A stretch of 64,000 bases of DNA, taken from contig JBEKUF010000001.1 in NCBI GenBank assembly GCA_049515295.1, positions 3,625 through 67,624 of the forward strand. The letters run 5' to 3'. The translations under genes and the position numbers were made by a program. Positions 41,211 through 51,400 of the stretch are shown here, in pieces (within the stretch, counting starts at the first letter, position 1; every line of letters starts with the position of its first letter). The DNA is from Verrucomicrobiia bacterium. GTDB lineage: Bacteria > Verrucomicrobiota > Verrucomicrobiia > Palsa-1439. The notes under the pieces are model-generated. The model did no database searches and had not been told where the DNA came from. It saw only the letters and a list, made by a program, of their open reading frames with translations.

Positions 41211-41656
41211 GCGTGCGCACCGAGAGTTCCATCGTCATCAAGGCCCCGCTGGCCAGGGTTTTCCAGGATACGTCCAATTTGCTTCTCTGGCCAAAGGTGC
41301 TTCCCCACTATCGCTGGATCCGCGTTCTGAACGTGGGGGATGATGGCCTCGTTGTGAAAATGGGGGCGTGCCGCGGCTGGCTGCCCATTCGATGGACCTG
41401 TCGATTTCAGGTCGACCCGAGCAGGCCGGAACTGCACTTTGAGCATCTCAAGGCGTTCACGCGCGGGATGAAGGTCCGATGGACGTACACCGCCACCCCC
41501 GACGGCGTGTTGGTCAGCATCACTCATGAACTCAATCGACCTTCCGCGTTTGGACGCTGGTTCGCGCAGCGTGTGCTGAGTGAAATGTTCATTCAGCCAA
41601 TTGCCGCTCGCACGTTGTCCCATTTCAAGAAGTACCTGGAACAGAACGAGGGCTGA
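41207..41656 (+). CDS. SRPBCC (Bet v1/START, polyketide cyclase/dehydrase-like) protein
   Basis: 149 aa, …VIKAPLARVFQDTSNLLLWPK… start and helix-grip pattern. Overlaps the methyltransferase by 4 nt. Confidence 0.6.
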   Translation: MSVRTESSIVIKAPLARVFQDTSNLLLWPKVLPHYRWIRVLNVGDDGLVVKMGACRGWLPIRWTCRFQVDPSRPELHFEHLKAFTRGMKVRWTYTATPDGVLVSITHELNRPSAFGRWFAQRVLSEMFIQPIAARTLSHFKKYLEQNEG

Positions 41657-41669
41657 GCACTCCCAATGT

Positions 41670-42932
41670 ATGGAAGCCATGTCACCACGCGTGGTCGTCA
41701 CCGGCATCGGGGCAATAACGGCCATCGGCAGCGGCCGAGACGGGCTGTGGCGCGGAATTTTGCGCGGCAAGTCCGGCATCCGCCCTATCGCCCACTTCGA
41801 TCCGTCACCGTTTGACTCCCAAATCGCCGGTGAGGTGACCGATTTCGACCCGTTGGCGTATTTCCCGGCGCGGCGTGTGAAACGCCTCGACCGGTTCGCC
41901 CAGTTCGCCCTCGTAGCCGCGAAAATGGCCCTCGACGATTCGAACGAGTGTGGCCGGCCGTTGTTCACGGAACGGCCTCCCCTCCCGCAGATCGGCGTCT
42001 GCACCGGCACGGCGTTGGGCGGTGTGGCGCTGGCCGAGCACCAACATGAGTTATTCATGCGTCAGGGCATCCGTGCGGTGAATCCGGCACTGGCATTTCT
42101 CGTGTTCGGCGGCTCCGGCGGTTCCCATGTCGCAATCGAACTTGGCTTCACCGGACCGGGTCACACGAATTCGAACAGTTGCGGCTCCGGTGCGATCGCG
42201 CTGGGAGAAGCGTTCCGCTTGATCCGGGGAGGTCAGGCACTGGCGATGGTAGCCGGCGCGGCCGAAGCGCCGTTGGCGCCGTTGACGTTTGGCGCGTTTG
42301 ACGTGCTCCACGCCCTGAGCCGGAACAACGCCGACCCGGCCGGGGCCTGTCGGCCATTTGATGCGACGCGCGACGGATTCGTTATGGGTGAAGGAGCGGC
42401 GATGTTCATACTCGAAGAGCGCCGCCATGCCCTCTTGCGCGGAGCGCATATCTATGCCGAGATCCTCGGCTACGCTTCCAACAATGACGCCTATCACATG
42501 CTGGCGCCCCGCCCCGACGCGTCCTGCGCGGCGCGCTGCATCCGCAACGCGCTGGCAGACGCGCGTGTTTCTCCGGCGGACATCGATTACATCAATGCCC
42601 ACGCCACGGGCACGGCACTCGGGGATGCCGCGGAAACGCTCGCCATCAAACAGGTGTTCGGCGAGCGCGCCCATCGGATCCCCGTCAGTTCCACCAAACC
42701 GTTTCACGCCCACGCGCTGGGCGCGTCGGGCGCGATGGAGATGGCCCTATGCGCCCTGGCGCTGGAGCACGATTACCTGCCGCCGACCCTGAACCTGAGG
42801 CAGCCCGATCCCGAGTGTGATCTGGATTACATTCCCAACGAAGGTCGGCGGGCACGGGTGAACCACGTTGTATCGAACAGCTTCGGCTTTGGCGGCATCA
42901 ATGCCAGCCTTGTTCTTGGCCGTCATGAGTGA
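41670..42932 (+). CDS. beta-ketoacyl synthase, FabF-like
   Basis: VVVTGIGAITAIG; Cys region TNSNSCGSGAIALGEA; His-His pair (YINAHATGT, HAHALGASG); C-terminal SNSFGFGGINASLVL. Confidence 0.8.
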   Translation: MEAMSPRVVVTGIGAITAIGSGRDGLWRGILRGKSGIRPIAHFDPSPFDSQIAGEVTDFDPLAYFPARRVKRLDRFAQFALVAAKMALDDSNECGRPLFTERPPLPQIGVCTGTALGGVALAEHQHELFMRQGIRAVNPALAFLVFGGSGGSHVAIELGFTGPGHTNSNSCGSGAIALGEAFRLIRGGQALAMVAGAAEAPLAPLTFGAFDVLHALSRNNADPAGACRPFDATRDGFVMGEGAAMFILEERRHALLRGAHIYAEILGYASNNDAYHMLAPRPDASCAARCIRNALADARVSPADIDYINAHATGTALGDAAETLAIKQVFGERAHRIPVSSTKPFHAHALGASGAMEMALCALALEHDYLPPTLNLRQPDPECDLDYIPNEGRRARVNHVVSNSFGFGGINASLVLGRHE

Positions 42933-44031
42933 ATTCGACGTGATCGTGGTCGGTGGCGGGCCGGCCGGCGCGGCGGCGGCCGCGGGTTGTGCGCAACGGG
43001 GATTGCGCGTCGCGCTGTTCGAGCACGCCCGGTTTCCCCGCCATAAGGTCTGTGGTGATGTTCTCAATCCGAATTGCTGGCCGATCTTCGAACGACTCGG
43101 CGTGGCGCGGAGAATCCAGCAGTTGCCACATCACGCGATTGAGGGCGCCTGTTTCACCACAACAGGCCGTCACACTCTCAGTGTCCCTCTGCCGCACACG
43201 ACGGTAGCCATCCGCCGCAGTCTACTGGACGCGGCGTTGCTCGATCACGCCGGGTCGTGTGGAGTGCATGTCATGGAAGGCGAAACGGTCCACGACGTCC
43301 TGACCAACGGACGCGTGCGAACCAGCCACGGGGAATACGTGGCCCGAAATGCCATTATCGGTGCTGACGGACGGCATTCGGTGGTTGCACGCAAAGCCGG
43401 TCTGGCCCGTTTCCGGCGCCGAGGCAACGAACATGTGGCGTTCCAATCGCATTTCCGGGCACCGACGACGCTGGATCACCGCGTGCAATTACACCTGTAC
43501 CGGGGCGGCTACTGCGGTCTGGTGCGCGTGGACACGGAGCGCGCCAATCTTTGCATCGTGACCGGCCCATGGGCTGCCCAATTCCACCGTGACTGCGAAG
43601 CGCTCTTTGCGCACACCGTCTGGCAGAACCCCCATTTCCGTGAGTTGGGAATTGCTCCCGAACCACTCGAATCTCTGCGAATCGCTCATCCACTCCAGGC
43701 ACCGGCCTGCCGTGCAACCGGACACGGGGTCTTCCTTGCCGGCGACGCGCTACGGGTGATGGAACCCTTCACGGGTCAGGGGATCTTCTTGGCATTGCGA
43801 ACAGGAGAGCTCGTAGCGGAAGCCATCAGTGATCATTCTCACAGCGAGCGTCTGTATGCGACCGCGGTGGCGAGACTATACCGGCAACGTGGCCGCACCA
43901 ACACATGCCTGCGTCACGCGATGTACCGAGAGCGGGCCGCGCGCGCCATCATCCCGCTCGTGCAACACGCGCCCCAACTGGCACGCTGGCTTGCTGACAA
44001 CGTTCTTGGCGGCGATACGGGATTTCGGTAG
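42925..44031 (+). CDS. FAD-dependent oxidoreductase (geranylgeranyl-reductase/monooxygenase family)
   Basis: N-terminal DVIVVGGGPAGAAAA (GxGxxG), GD motif VFLAGDALRVMEPFTGQGI. Overlaps the ketosynthase by 8 nt. Confidence 0.7.
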   Translation: MSEFDVIVVGGGPAGAAAAAGCAQRGLRVALFEHARFPRHKVCGDVLNPNCWPIFERLGVARRIQQLPHHAIEGACFTTTGRHTLSVPLPHTTVAIRRSLLDAALLDHAGSCGVHVMEGETVHDVLTNGRVRTSHGEYVARNAIIGADGRHSVVARKAGLARFRRRGNEHVAFQSHFRAPTTLDHRVQLHLYRGGYCGLVRVDTERANLCIVTGPWAAQFHRDCEALFAHTVWQNPHFRELGIAPEPLESLRIAHPLQAPACRATGHGVFLAGDALRVMEPFTGQGIFLALRTGELVAEAISDHSHSERLYATAVARLYRQRGRTNTCLRHAMYRERAARAIIPLVQHAPQLARWLADNVLGGDTGFR

Positions 44032-44043
44032 GCTGCGTCCTCG

Positions 44044-44178
44044 ATGAACCGCAACGCCAGCGATCGTGCTGTCTTCCTCGATCGGGACGGGACACTCATG
44101 GAGGATTCCAACTACGTCGGGGAGGTTGAGCGCGTCGTACCGATCCCGGACGCCGCGGAAGCGCTCCAGCAATTGCGG
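44044..44178 (+). pseudogene. gmhB: 5' fragment of a gmhB-like HAD-IIIA phosphatase (D,D-heptose-1,7-bisphosphate phosphatase family)
   Basis: AVFLDRDGTLMEDSNYVGEVERVVPIPDAAEALQQLRRPGF reproduces the HAD-IIIA motif I and the start of motif II. It then degenerates where the convergent HAD gene begins. Confidence 0.5.
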
Positions 44179-44197
44179 CGTCCGGGATTCTCAATCT

Positions 44198-44860
44198 CTA
44201 CTCTCGAATCGAATCTCGAATTAAGATCGGCAGACTTAATAATTCGGCGATGTTCTGCAACACGTGGTCGGCAGACGTAAGGTACTCTTTCCCCAAGGTG
44301 GTCTCGATGGCCACGCAGCGCATCCCCGCATTGCGTGCCGCCTCAATGCCGAGCGGCGCATTTTCCACTACAACGCATTCTTCAGGACGCAATCCGAGCT
44401 GGCGGGCCGCCGTAAGAAAGGGATCAGGAAACGGCTTGGCTCGCGGAACCTCATCGCCTGTGATGATGAAATCAAAACGGGCCTGCTGCTCGCCATTGAG
44501 GGAATGCTGCATGTTCTTTAAGGCGCAGGCCGTGACGAGCGCCACTTTGAATCCGCGCCGGCGCAGCTCGCCGATTGTCTCAAATGCTTCGGGATATGTG
44601 GTGACCCGCACAATGCTCCGATAATAGGCGCGCTTCTCCTCTATAAAAGCAGCCTGTCGGGCATCGGGAATCGTGACCCCTGTTTCCTTCATGAGAATCG
44701 GCAGAATCTCTCGGGAGTTCCTCCCTTCGTGCAGAAGCACCGTCAGCTCGCTTACAGGGGAGCCGCCGTGTTTTTCGAACATGTGCTTCCAGGCGAGATA
44801 GTGGTAGTGAAGGGTATCGACGATCACGCCGTCAAGGTCGAATAACACGCCGCGGATCAT
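44198..44860 (-). CDS. HAD-IA family hydrolase (beta-phosphoglucomutase/CbbY-like phosphatase)
   Basis: Motif I LFDLDGVIVDT, motif III lysine in …TGDEVPRAKPFPD…, motif IV …VVVENAPLGIEAARNAGM…. Confidence 0.75.
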   Translation of the reverse strand: MIRGVLFDLDGVIVDTLHYHYLAWKHMFEKHGGSPVSELTVLLHEGRNSREILPILMKETGVTIPDARQAAFIEEKRAYYRSIVRVTTYPEAFETIGELRRRGFKVALVTACALKNMQHSLNGEQQARFDFIITGDEVPRAKPFPDPFLTAARQLGLRPEECVVVENAPLGIEAARNAGMRCVAIETTLGKEYLTSADHVLQNIAELLSLPILIRDSIRE

Positions 44861-45060
44861 ATGGTCTCGTATTATTTATTTCCGTGCTTCTGACACTTCC
44901 CGACGCGCCTCGGCAAGTTCTGGTTATTGGTCATGACCTGCGCTCATACATGATACCACATGCTATGTGAGTGTTTCTAGTGTTTGATCGTTGGGGGCCA
45001 GACGCCAACGAGTCGTAACCCCTGTATTTCCTGAGTTGCAGTCCGAAGTCTTTTGAGGGA

Positions 45061-45930
45061 TTGTATGGACAAGTATTTCGACCCGTGAAAGCCCTTCGAG
45101 AACCTGATCGAAAAGCGCTGGCCAAACTGCTGGCGGACGAGGACCCGCGCACCGTCCAGTTGCTGCAGGAAACGCTGGCGGGACGGGGCGAAGAGGGCAT
45201 CCGCTTGCTGGAATCCGTCGTCCACGATGGGGAGCCCACGGCGCAACGCAACGCCACGCAAATCCTGCGGGTCCTGCGCGAGGCGGTGGCATGGGAGGCC
45301 CTGGCACAGTTTTGCGCCACGTGCGGAAGTCACTTCGACCTCGAGGTGGCCAGTTGGCTGGTGGCGAAGACGCGTTACCCGGAGTTCGATGAGCCCGCGT
45401 ATCGGACGCGGATCGATCAAATGGCCCAGGAGCTGCGCGAGCGATTGACGGGGCGGGAAACGCCGCGGGCAACTGTTGAGGTCTGCAACCATTACCTGTT
45501 TCGCACGCTCGGCTTCCGCGGCAACCGCCAGGATTACTATGACCCGGACAACTCCTACCTCAACCGCGTGCTGGATCGTCGGCTGGGCATCCCGATCAGT
45601 TTGTCGGTGTTGTATCTACTGCTGGCGCGACGGCTGCACCTTCCGTTGGTCGGCATCAACATGCCGGCGCACTTTCTCCTCAAATGGCATTCCACCACGG
45701 CGAGTTTTTATTTTGATCCGTTTCATGAGGGCGAGTTGCTGGACGAGGCGGATTGCCGGGAATTGTGTAAGCGATTGGGCGTGGCATTCAACCCGGTCTT
45801 CCTGACTCCCACGACACCGCAGATCATCCTGCTGCGGATGTGCAACAATCTTCAGGCCATCTATGCCGATCGTGAACCGGCGCGGGCGGAGCAATTGGGC
45901 CGGTGTGCCGCCAGGCTGTCGCGGGTGTGA
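45061..45930 (+). CDS. transglutaminase-like/SirB1 (UPF0162) family protein with C-terminal TPR-like region
   Basis: …VCNHYLFRTLGFRGNRQDYYDPDNSYLNRVLDRRLGIPISLSVLYLLLARRLHLPLVGINMPAHFLLK… is characteristic of the SirB1 transglutaminase-like fold. Non-ATG (TTG/GTG) start. Confidence 0.55.
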   Translation: MYGQVFRPVKALREPDRKALAKLLADEDPRTVQLLQETLAGRGEEGIRLLESVVHDGEPTAQRNATQILRVLREAVAWEALAQFCATCGSHFDLEVASWLVAKTRYPEFDEPAYRTRIDQMAQELRERLTGRETPRATVEVCNHYLFRTLGFRGNRQDYYDPDNSYLNRVLDRRLGIPISLSVLYLLLARRLHLPLVGINMPAHFLLKWHSTTASFYFDPFHEGELLDEADCRELCKRLGVAFNPVFLTPTTPQIILLRMCNNLQAIYADREPARAEQLGRCAARLSRV

Positions 45931-45993
45931 CGGACACCCCTTCCTGTGACGGTGCGGCTTTCACGCGCCAAGGCGCTGCCACCATGCCATTCA

Positions 45994-48222
45994 TTACGGG
46001 CTGGTAACCGTGATCTTCAGCTTGCCGTATTGGCCAACCGGGCCTTCCCCGACGATGTAGAACGTGTTGGTCCCGTCCGTGTTGAAACTGAGTTGCACTC
46101 CTTCGTTGCCGATGTTGTTATCCGCACAGGCCACTTCGGTGAGGCCGTTACTTCCGCAGGAACCCGTCCAAACGTCCAGCATCGTGTAGAAATTGCTCCC
46201 CGCCGTGGATACGGTGAACTGCCTTCCGTTGATACCGACGGTCGGGATGATTTGCCACACGGCATCCGGACCACCGCCGCCGGGACCCCCGCTGCTGCCC
46301 AGGCATATCGTCGAGGGCGGCATATTGTTCGTGTAGGAGTTCAGGCTGACACTTGCCGTGAACACGGCCCTGGCAAATGGGTCGGAACTGTTCGGGAACA
46401 CCACGACCTGGGCCGCTGCGCAGGAGTCGTTAACACCGGGACACGTGGCTTGTAGCATCGGGTCCTGGGAGATTTGCTTCAATGTGATTTTGTTGGTTTC
46501 GGTGCCAGATACGATGGGAATCTTGCCCGTCTGTGCGTTGCATTCCAGCAGCCCGTTTGGCAGATTGTTGGTCACGCCGCTGTTGTTGAATTTCTTGAGG
46601 AGCGCGGTCATGGTATTAATGGCCACGGGATCGTAGCCGGCGCCAACTGTTTGGGCCTGTGAGATCAAGTCGGGCGGAAAATTCGTCGTGACTTTACCGT
46701 TGAGGTATGTCGCATTGCCCGGGAAGGTGCCAAACAACGAGGCGTTAGCCGTGGCAGCGATCAATTCCACCGCCAACTTTTTTCGCGCCACACACAATGC
46801 GGAAGCCCTGAGCTTCGCAGCCTGTGAACCTCCGGGCTCACCAGTCACCCCGGTCGATCTCCAGTAGAAGCTGAGCGCCTCGATAAGGGTGTCGTAGGCG
46901 TCGATCACGTTGTCCGCGTTGCGGTCGGCCGTGGGCAGGACGGTAAATCCGAGGTTCATCACGCTGCCATTGGCCTGAATGGCGTTCAGCAGCGTGGCGC
47001 AATTCGTGTCCGTAAGAGAGAACCCATGGGTAAACCAAAAACGCGAGTTTCGCGTAACCACCTGGGTACTGGCCGTACTAGTCAGGCTGACATCCAGAGC
47101 GGACAGCACCGCCCCGATGGGATTGGCAAAGACGTTCTCACCAATTGAGTCTCCGGCAAACAGCAGGCCCACGGCATTGTTGTCGGCGTCGACAACCGGC
47201 GACCCCGAGTCCCCCGGCAAAGCGAACGCGTTTGTCGCAATGATCGGTTGAACCAGGATCTGATTGGTGAAAATCCCTGTCCCGCAGGTGGTGGTGCAGG
47301 GGGACGGTTCCGAATAGTCAACCGCGATTGTCATATTGATCCCGGCCACGATCCCTTCGGTGCAATCCGTGGTTCGCCCGTTTTTTCTGACGAACTGCCC
47401 GATGAAGGCGGGGACGACATTGTTCACCTGCGGCCCGAGATTCAGAATGTTGGCGGATATGGCCGCATCGGAGCATTGAACGTAGCCGCAGTCAACCTCA
47501 TTGTCTGCGAGGCCGGAAAAATCGATTGGGACGGTTCGGACAAGGGTGCCAATGTTCTGGCCCGGGTTGCAATTGACATCTACCGCACCGGGTTGATACT
47601 CCGGCGTGCCAAAGGGCGCCGTGCTCGGGCATCCATCGACGCCATGACCGACGACGTGGTTGTTGCTAATCCAACCGATCGCGCCGCTGGCGTTATCACG
47701 GACTTTGAACCCGATGGTGCCGCTGGCGCAACAGCCGCCAAACAGGAGCGCATTCCCTCCCGAAACCCCCAGTGGCACGGGGAGAGGGTACGCAATCTGA
47801 GGGTTGTTTGCCCCGCATTGCTCGGCGTGGATCACTCCCACCACCACCACCTGCACCGGAAAACCGTCCAAGCTGCTCGGCAGCAGAGCCGCAGTATTTG
47901 TATTATCGACGAGCACCAGCAGCGACAAGCTTTCGCCTGACCCGCCGATGCCGATCCCTTTCACGCCTTCGGTTGCGAGAAGCGCCGGTTGGTTTGCCGC
48001 TTGCACCGCCATCGCCCTGCCCAAATCCGGGTTGTACGGGAACGGTTGGAGAGATTGTGCGTCGGAAGTTGTCCCGCAGACCCCCAGGACTGCGATGAAC
48101 CCACAGACCAGCAAAGTCAGTACACGAATGCTGTTACGCTCCGACCGCCGCTTGTTGAGAACATCGGGTTGGCGCACGGTCAATTTCTCTTCCCGGTTCC
48201 TACATATGCGCATTCGTTTCAT
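45994..48222 (-). CDS. secreted multidomain protein with trypsin-fold (S1, alpha-lytic-like) serine protease domain
   Basis: Signal peptide (…IRVLTLLVCGFIAVLGVCG). His (…WISNNHVVGHG…) and catalytic-Ser motif ALPGDSGSPVV. About 400-aa C-terminal region of unknown fold. Start uncertain (48222, 48213, or an internal GTG). Confidence 0.65.
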   Translation of the reverse strand: MKRMRICRNREEKLTVRQPDVLNKRRSERNSIRVLTLLVCGFIAVLGVCGTTSDAQSLQPFPYNPDLGRAMAVQAANQPALLATEGVKGIGIGGSGESLSLLVLVDNTNTAALLPSSLDGFPVQVVVVGVIHAEQCGANNPQIAYPLPVPLGVSGGNALLFGGCCASGTIGFKVRDNASGAIGWISNNHVVGHGVDGCPSTAPFGTPEYQPGAVDVNCNPGQNIGTLVRTVPIDFSGLADNEVDCGYVQCSDAAISANILNLGPQVNNVVPAFIGQFVRKNGRTTDCTEGIVAGINMTIAVDYSEPSPCTTTCGTGIFTNQILVQPIIATNAFALPGDSGSPVVDADNNAVGLLFAGDSIGENVFANPIGAVLSALDVSLTSTASTQVVTRNSRFWFTHGFSLTDTNCATLLNAIQANGSVMNLGFTVLPTADRNADNVIDAYDTLIEALSFYWRSTGVTGEPGGSQAAKLRASALCVARKKLAVELIAATANASLFGTFPGNATYLNGKVTTNFPPDLISQAQTVGAGYDPVAINTMTALLKKFNNSGVTNNLPNGLLECNAQTGKIPIVSGTETNKITLKQISQDPMLQATCPGVNDSCAAAQVVVFPNSSDPFARAVFTASVSLNSYTNNMPPSTICLGSSGGPGGGGPDAVWQIIPTVGINGRQFTVSTAGSNFYTMLDVWTGSCGSNGLTEVACADNNIGNEGVQLSFNTDGTNTFYIVGEGPVGQYGKLKITVTSP

Positions 48223-48484
48223 ACAAGCCTCCAAAGATCCACGCATCCGCACCCACCACGAGGCTTCAGCGGCTGCCCGATACATGGTTCCGCTGGCACT
48301 CCCGTGGCGATCAGCCTTTTCACCCCATCGGTCATGCTTCTCACGGCCGTTCCTCTCATAGCTCCAAATCCCTTCACGAAAGAAGAAAGAATCAATCGTA
48401 GTCTGCCTCGTCTTCCAACCGGGCTGTCGACGATGCCGCCCGGTTTTCCGATGGCCGGCGCCAAGCCTTTCCATTGGTCCGGGC

Positions 48485-51400
48485 CTACTTCGCCAACGCC
48501 GTTATTCGCACCGTGTCTTGCTGCGCTGTGTCGCTGACCGATGTGAATGTCAATGTGAAGGTCGCCTGGGTCCCCTTCTTCACGAGGGTCTTGTCCGCGA
48601 ACACTTCCGCTCGAATCATCGTCGAATCCCCCGTGACCGCCCCCGTTTCCATCGCAGCGGTTTCATAGGTTCCCGCCTGGACCGCAGTTGTTATATCCAT
48701 GCTTTCGGACGGGTTCGCGCCAATGTAGTAATTCACCGTCCAGCCCGAGCCCCCGCTGACTTGCGTACTCTGCACTGTGAACTGGTCGGGCCCTGAACCG
48801 TCGTTCTCCACAGCCACATAGTACCTCACGCCATGTCTGCCCTTCTCAATAGCCTTCTGAATAGCAGTGGGCGTCTGCAGATTGATATTTTGAACAATTT
48901 CCTGTCCGACGCCGGTCGTGTTGATGACGCCAAAGCCCACGAACTTCTTCAAATTACTAAACGACTTGCTAATCGCGGCATCCGGCTGACTGAGCGCTCC
49001 CATGCCGCTCAGGGACACCAGTTGGGGCGGCAGAATATTGTTGCTGCTGATAATGGACAAAGTGGCCGACCGCAGCCCTCCAGCCGTGGGAGCAAACTTC
49101 AGACTAACCACGCAGGTGGCGCCGCTTGAAATCGTCGTGCATGGCGTGGAAACAACAAGGAAATCACCCGTATTTCCCGCCGTGGTGGCAATGTTGCTGA
49201 TCACCAGCGGAGCGGTTCCGCAATTCGTGATCGTCACGCTCTGCACCGATCCGGTGACATTCACGGCGACACTGCCAAAGTCTATCGAACTGCTGCTGAG
49301 GCAGATGGCGGGCGCAGGCGCGACGCCGACGCCCTGCAGTGTCACCGTGGTCGGACTGCCCGCCGCGTCATCCGCGATGACAAGATTCGCGTGAAAAGCC
49401 CCTGCGACCGTTGGAGCAAACGCCACGTTCATCGTGCAAGTGCCCTCAACAGAAATGGGCGAGTTCGTACAAAGCGTCGCCACTGAGAAATTCGCCGACC
49501 CCGCTCCGCTGATCGTCACACCGGAAACGGTCAGCGGGATCGAACCGCAATTCGTGAGGGTAACGCTCTGCACGCTGCCGGTTGTCCCGATCACTTGGTT
49601 GGAGAAGGTAATCGACGTGCCGGTACTCAGGCACACCAGTGGAGCCGGTGCCGTCGCGTAGCCGGTCAAGGGGATGCTGCGCGGACTGCCGGTCTGGTTG
49701 TCCGTAAACACCAAATTCGCCACCAACGTCCCCACATCGTTGGTCACCGGTGAAAATGCCACAGTCACGAAGCAATCGGCCCCCGGACCCACGCGTCCGC
49801 CCGTACAGCCGTCATTAACAACCGTGAAGTCAGCCGCGTTCGACCCAGTGATCGACACGCTTTGGATGCTTGCCCCGACAGTCGTACCGTTCATATAGGT
49901 GACGACCTGTTGGGTGCTGACGGTGCCGGCAACCTGGCTGCCGAACGTCAAACTCGTGGGAGAAATCGTGATCGGCACCGTGCCTGGTGGCACGTTCACG
50001 TTGAGCACCATGGTCCCGCCGTCGCCGTCGTTTTGCGGCTCGACCACGATATAATAATCGTTTGACCCATCCGCCGTGAAGTTGACCTGGGCCGGCACGC
50101 TATTGGTGGATACGACCTCCGTCAGCGCCCCACAGTCGCCACGCACATTGAGCGCCTCCGGAAGCACCTTCACTTCCCAGACTGACAATAGCGGGGGCCC
50201 GCCGGAAAACGAACTGCCAAGCGTGCTAATGGTGAACACGGCACCGGGAGTCGGCAATGCAATCTTGAAGAATTCGTCGGCACCACCACGCCCCGCCGTG
50301 GGACTGGGCTGCACGTTTCGGTAGACCGCCTTCGTGAGATTGTTCGTGAACGCAAACGGGAATTGCGTGACGGGCATGGCGGTCTGGCAGGCGTTGTTGG
50401 TCGCCAGATTCGGAACGTCGGACAGCGTATTGGTCGCCGCGTTGTAAATGACCAGGGCAAAATCCTGATTGAGGGTGTTGGACCCGCCCGGCGTCGGCTC
50501 GCCCACATTCGGCACGCCCTGGCCCGCAATATTCGCGGCGCGCACGATGACCTGGAACGGGGCACCGGACGTCACTCCGGGAATGCCGTTGAGCAGTGTG
50601 GACGGATTCAAGAACACACTCTGCAGGTTGTTGATGGTGTCGATTCGGGAATTGGCTGTCGACACGTTCTCGAAAAACTGGTTGCCATTGTAGATGGCGG
50701 CATTCGAGCCGGCTCCGAGGGTCACCTGCAAATTAAGGTCGTTGACGAGTTGATTGCTGGCCGAAGCCGCCGGGTTGCCGGGTGGGTCGAGCCACACCAG
50801 CGTCACGCGGAACGGTAAGCCGTTGCTGGCGATCCGGCCGGTGACTTCGTAAGACTGCCCCGACTGGCTGAAGTACGTCTGCTGCGGCGCGGGATTCGTG
50901 GCGATGAGGGGCGTGTCAATCGCTCGCGGGGAACTCTCATCCCGAATCGCCCGAGGCACCCCGTCAAACATCGTGGCCAAATCCAGTTCGCCCATGCCCT
51001 GGGCAATGGAGGGCAGGGTGTCCAGTGTTCCGGGATACTGAGGACTTTGAATCGGCATATATCGGGCTGCGTTGCACAGGTAGGCCTTGGCCATGGCCGG
51101 GCTGGGCTGCAGCAATGCGCTGCCGAGTTCGTTCGTCAGTCGATGCTGGAAATACCACCACAGAAGCTGGATCGCCCCGGAAACCTCCGGTGCCGCATAA
51201 CTGCTGCCGGAATCGCAGTCGTACTCCCCGCCTATGGGACTTGGAAAACTGTCGGGAAACGACGCACTAGTATTGGTGAAACAAGCGTCAAAGAGCTTGG
51301 GCGGACTACAGTAAAGATTCGTCTCCGAACAGGAAAACACCGCCCCGCCGCCAAGAACCCCATTAGGGTCCTCGTTTATTACAGGTATGATTCCAAGCAC

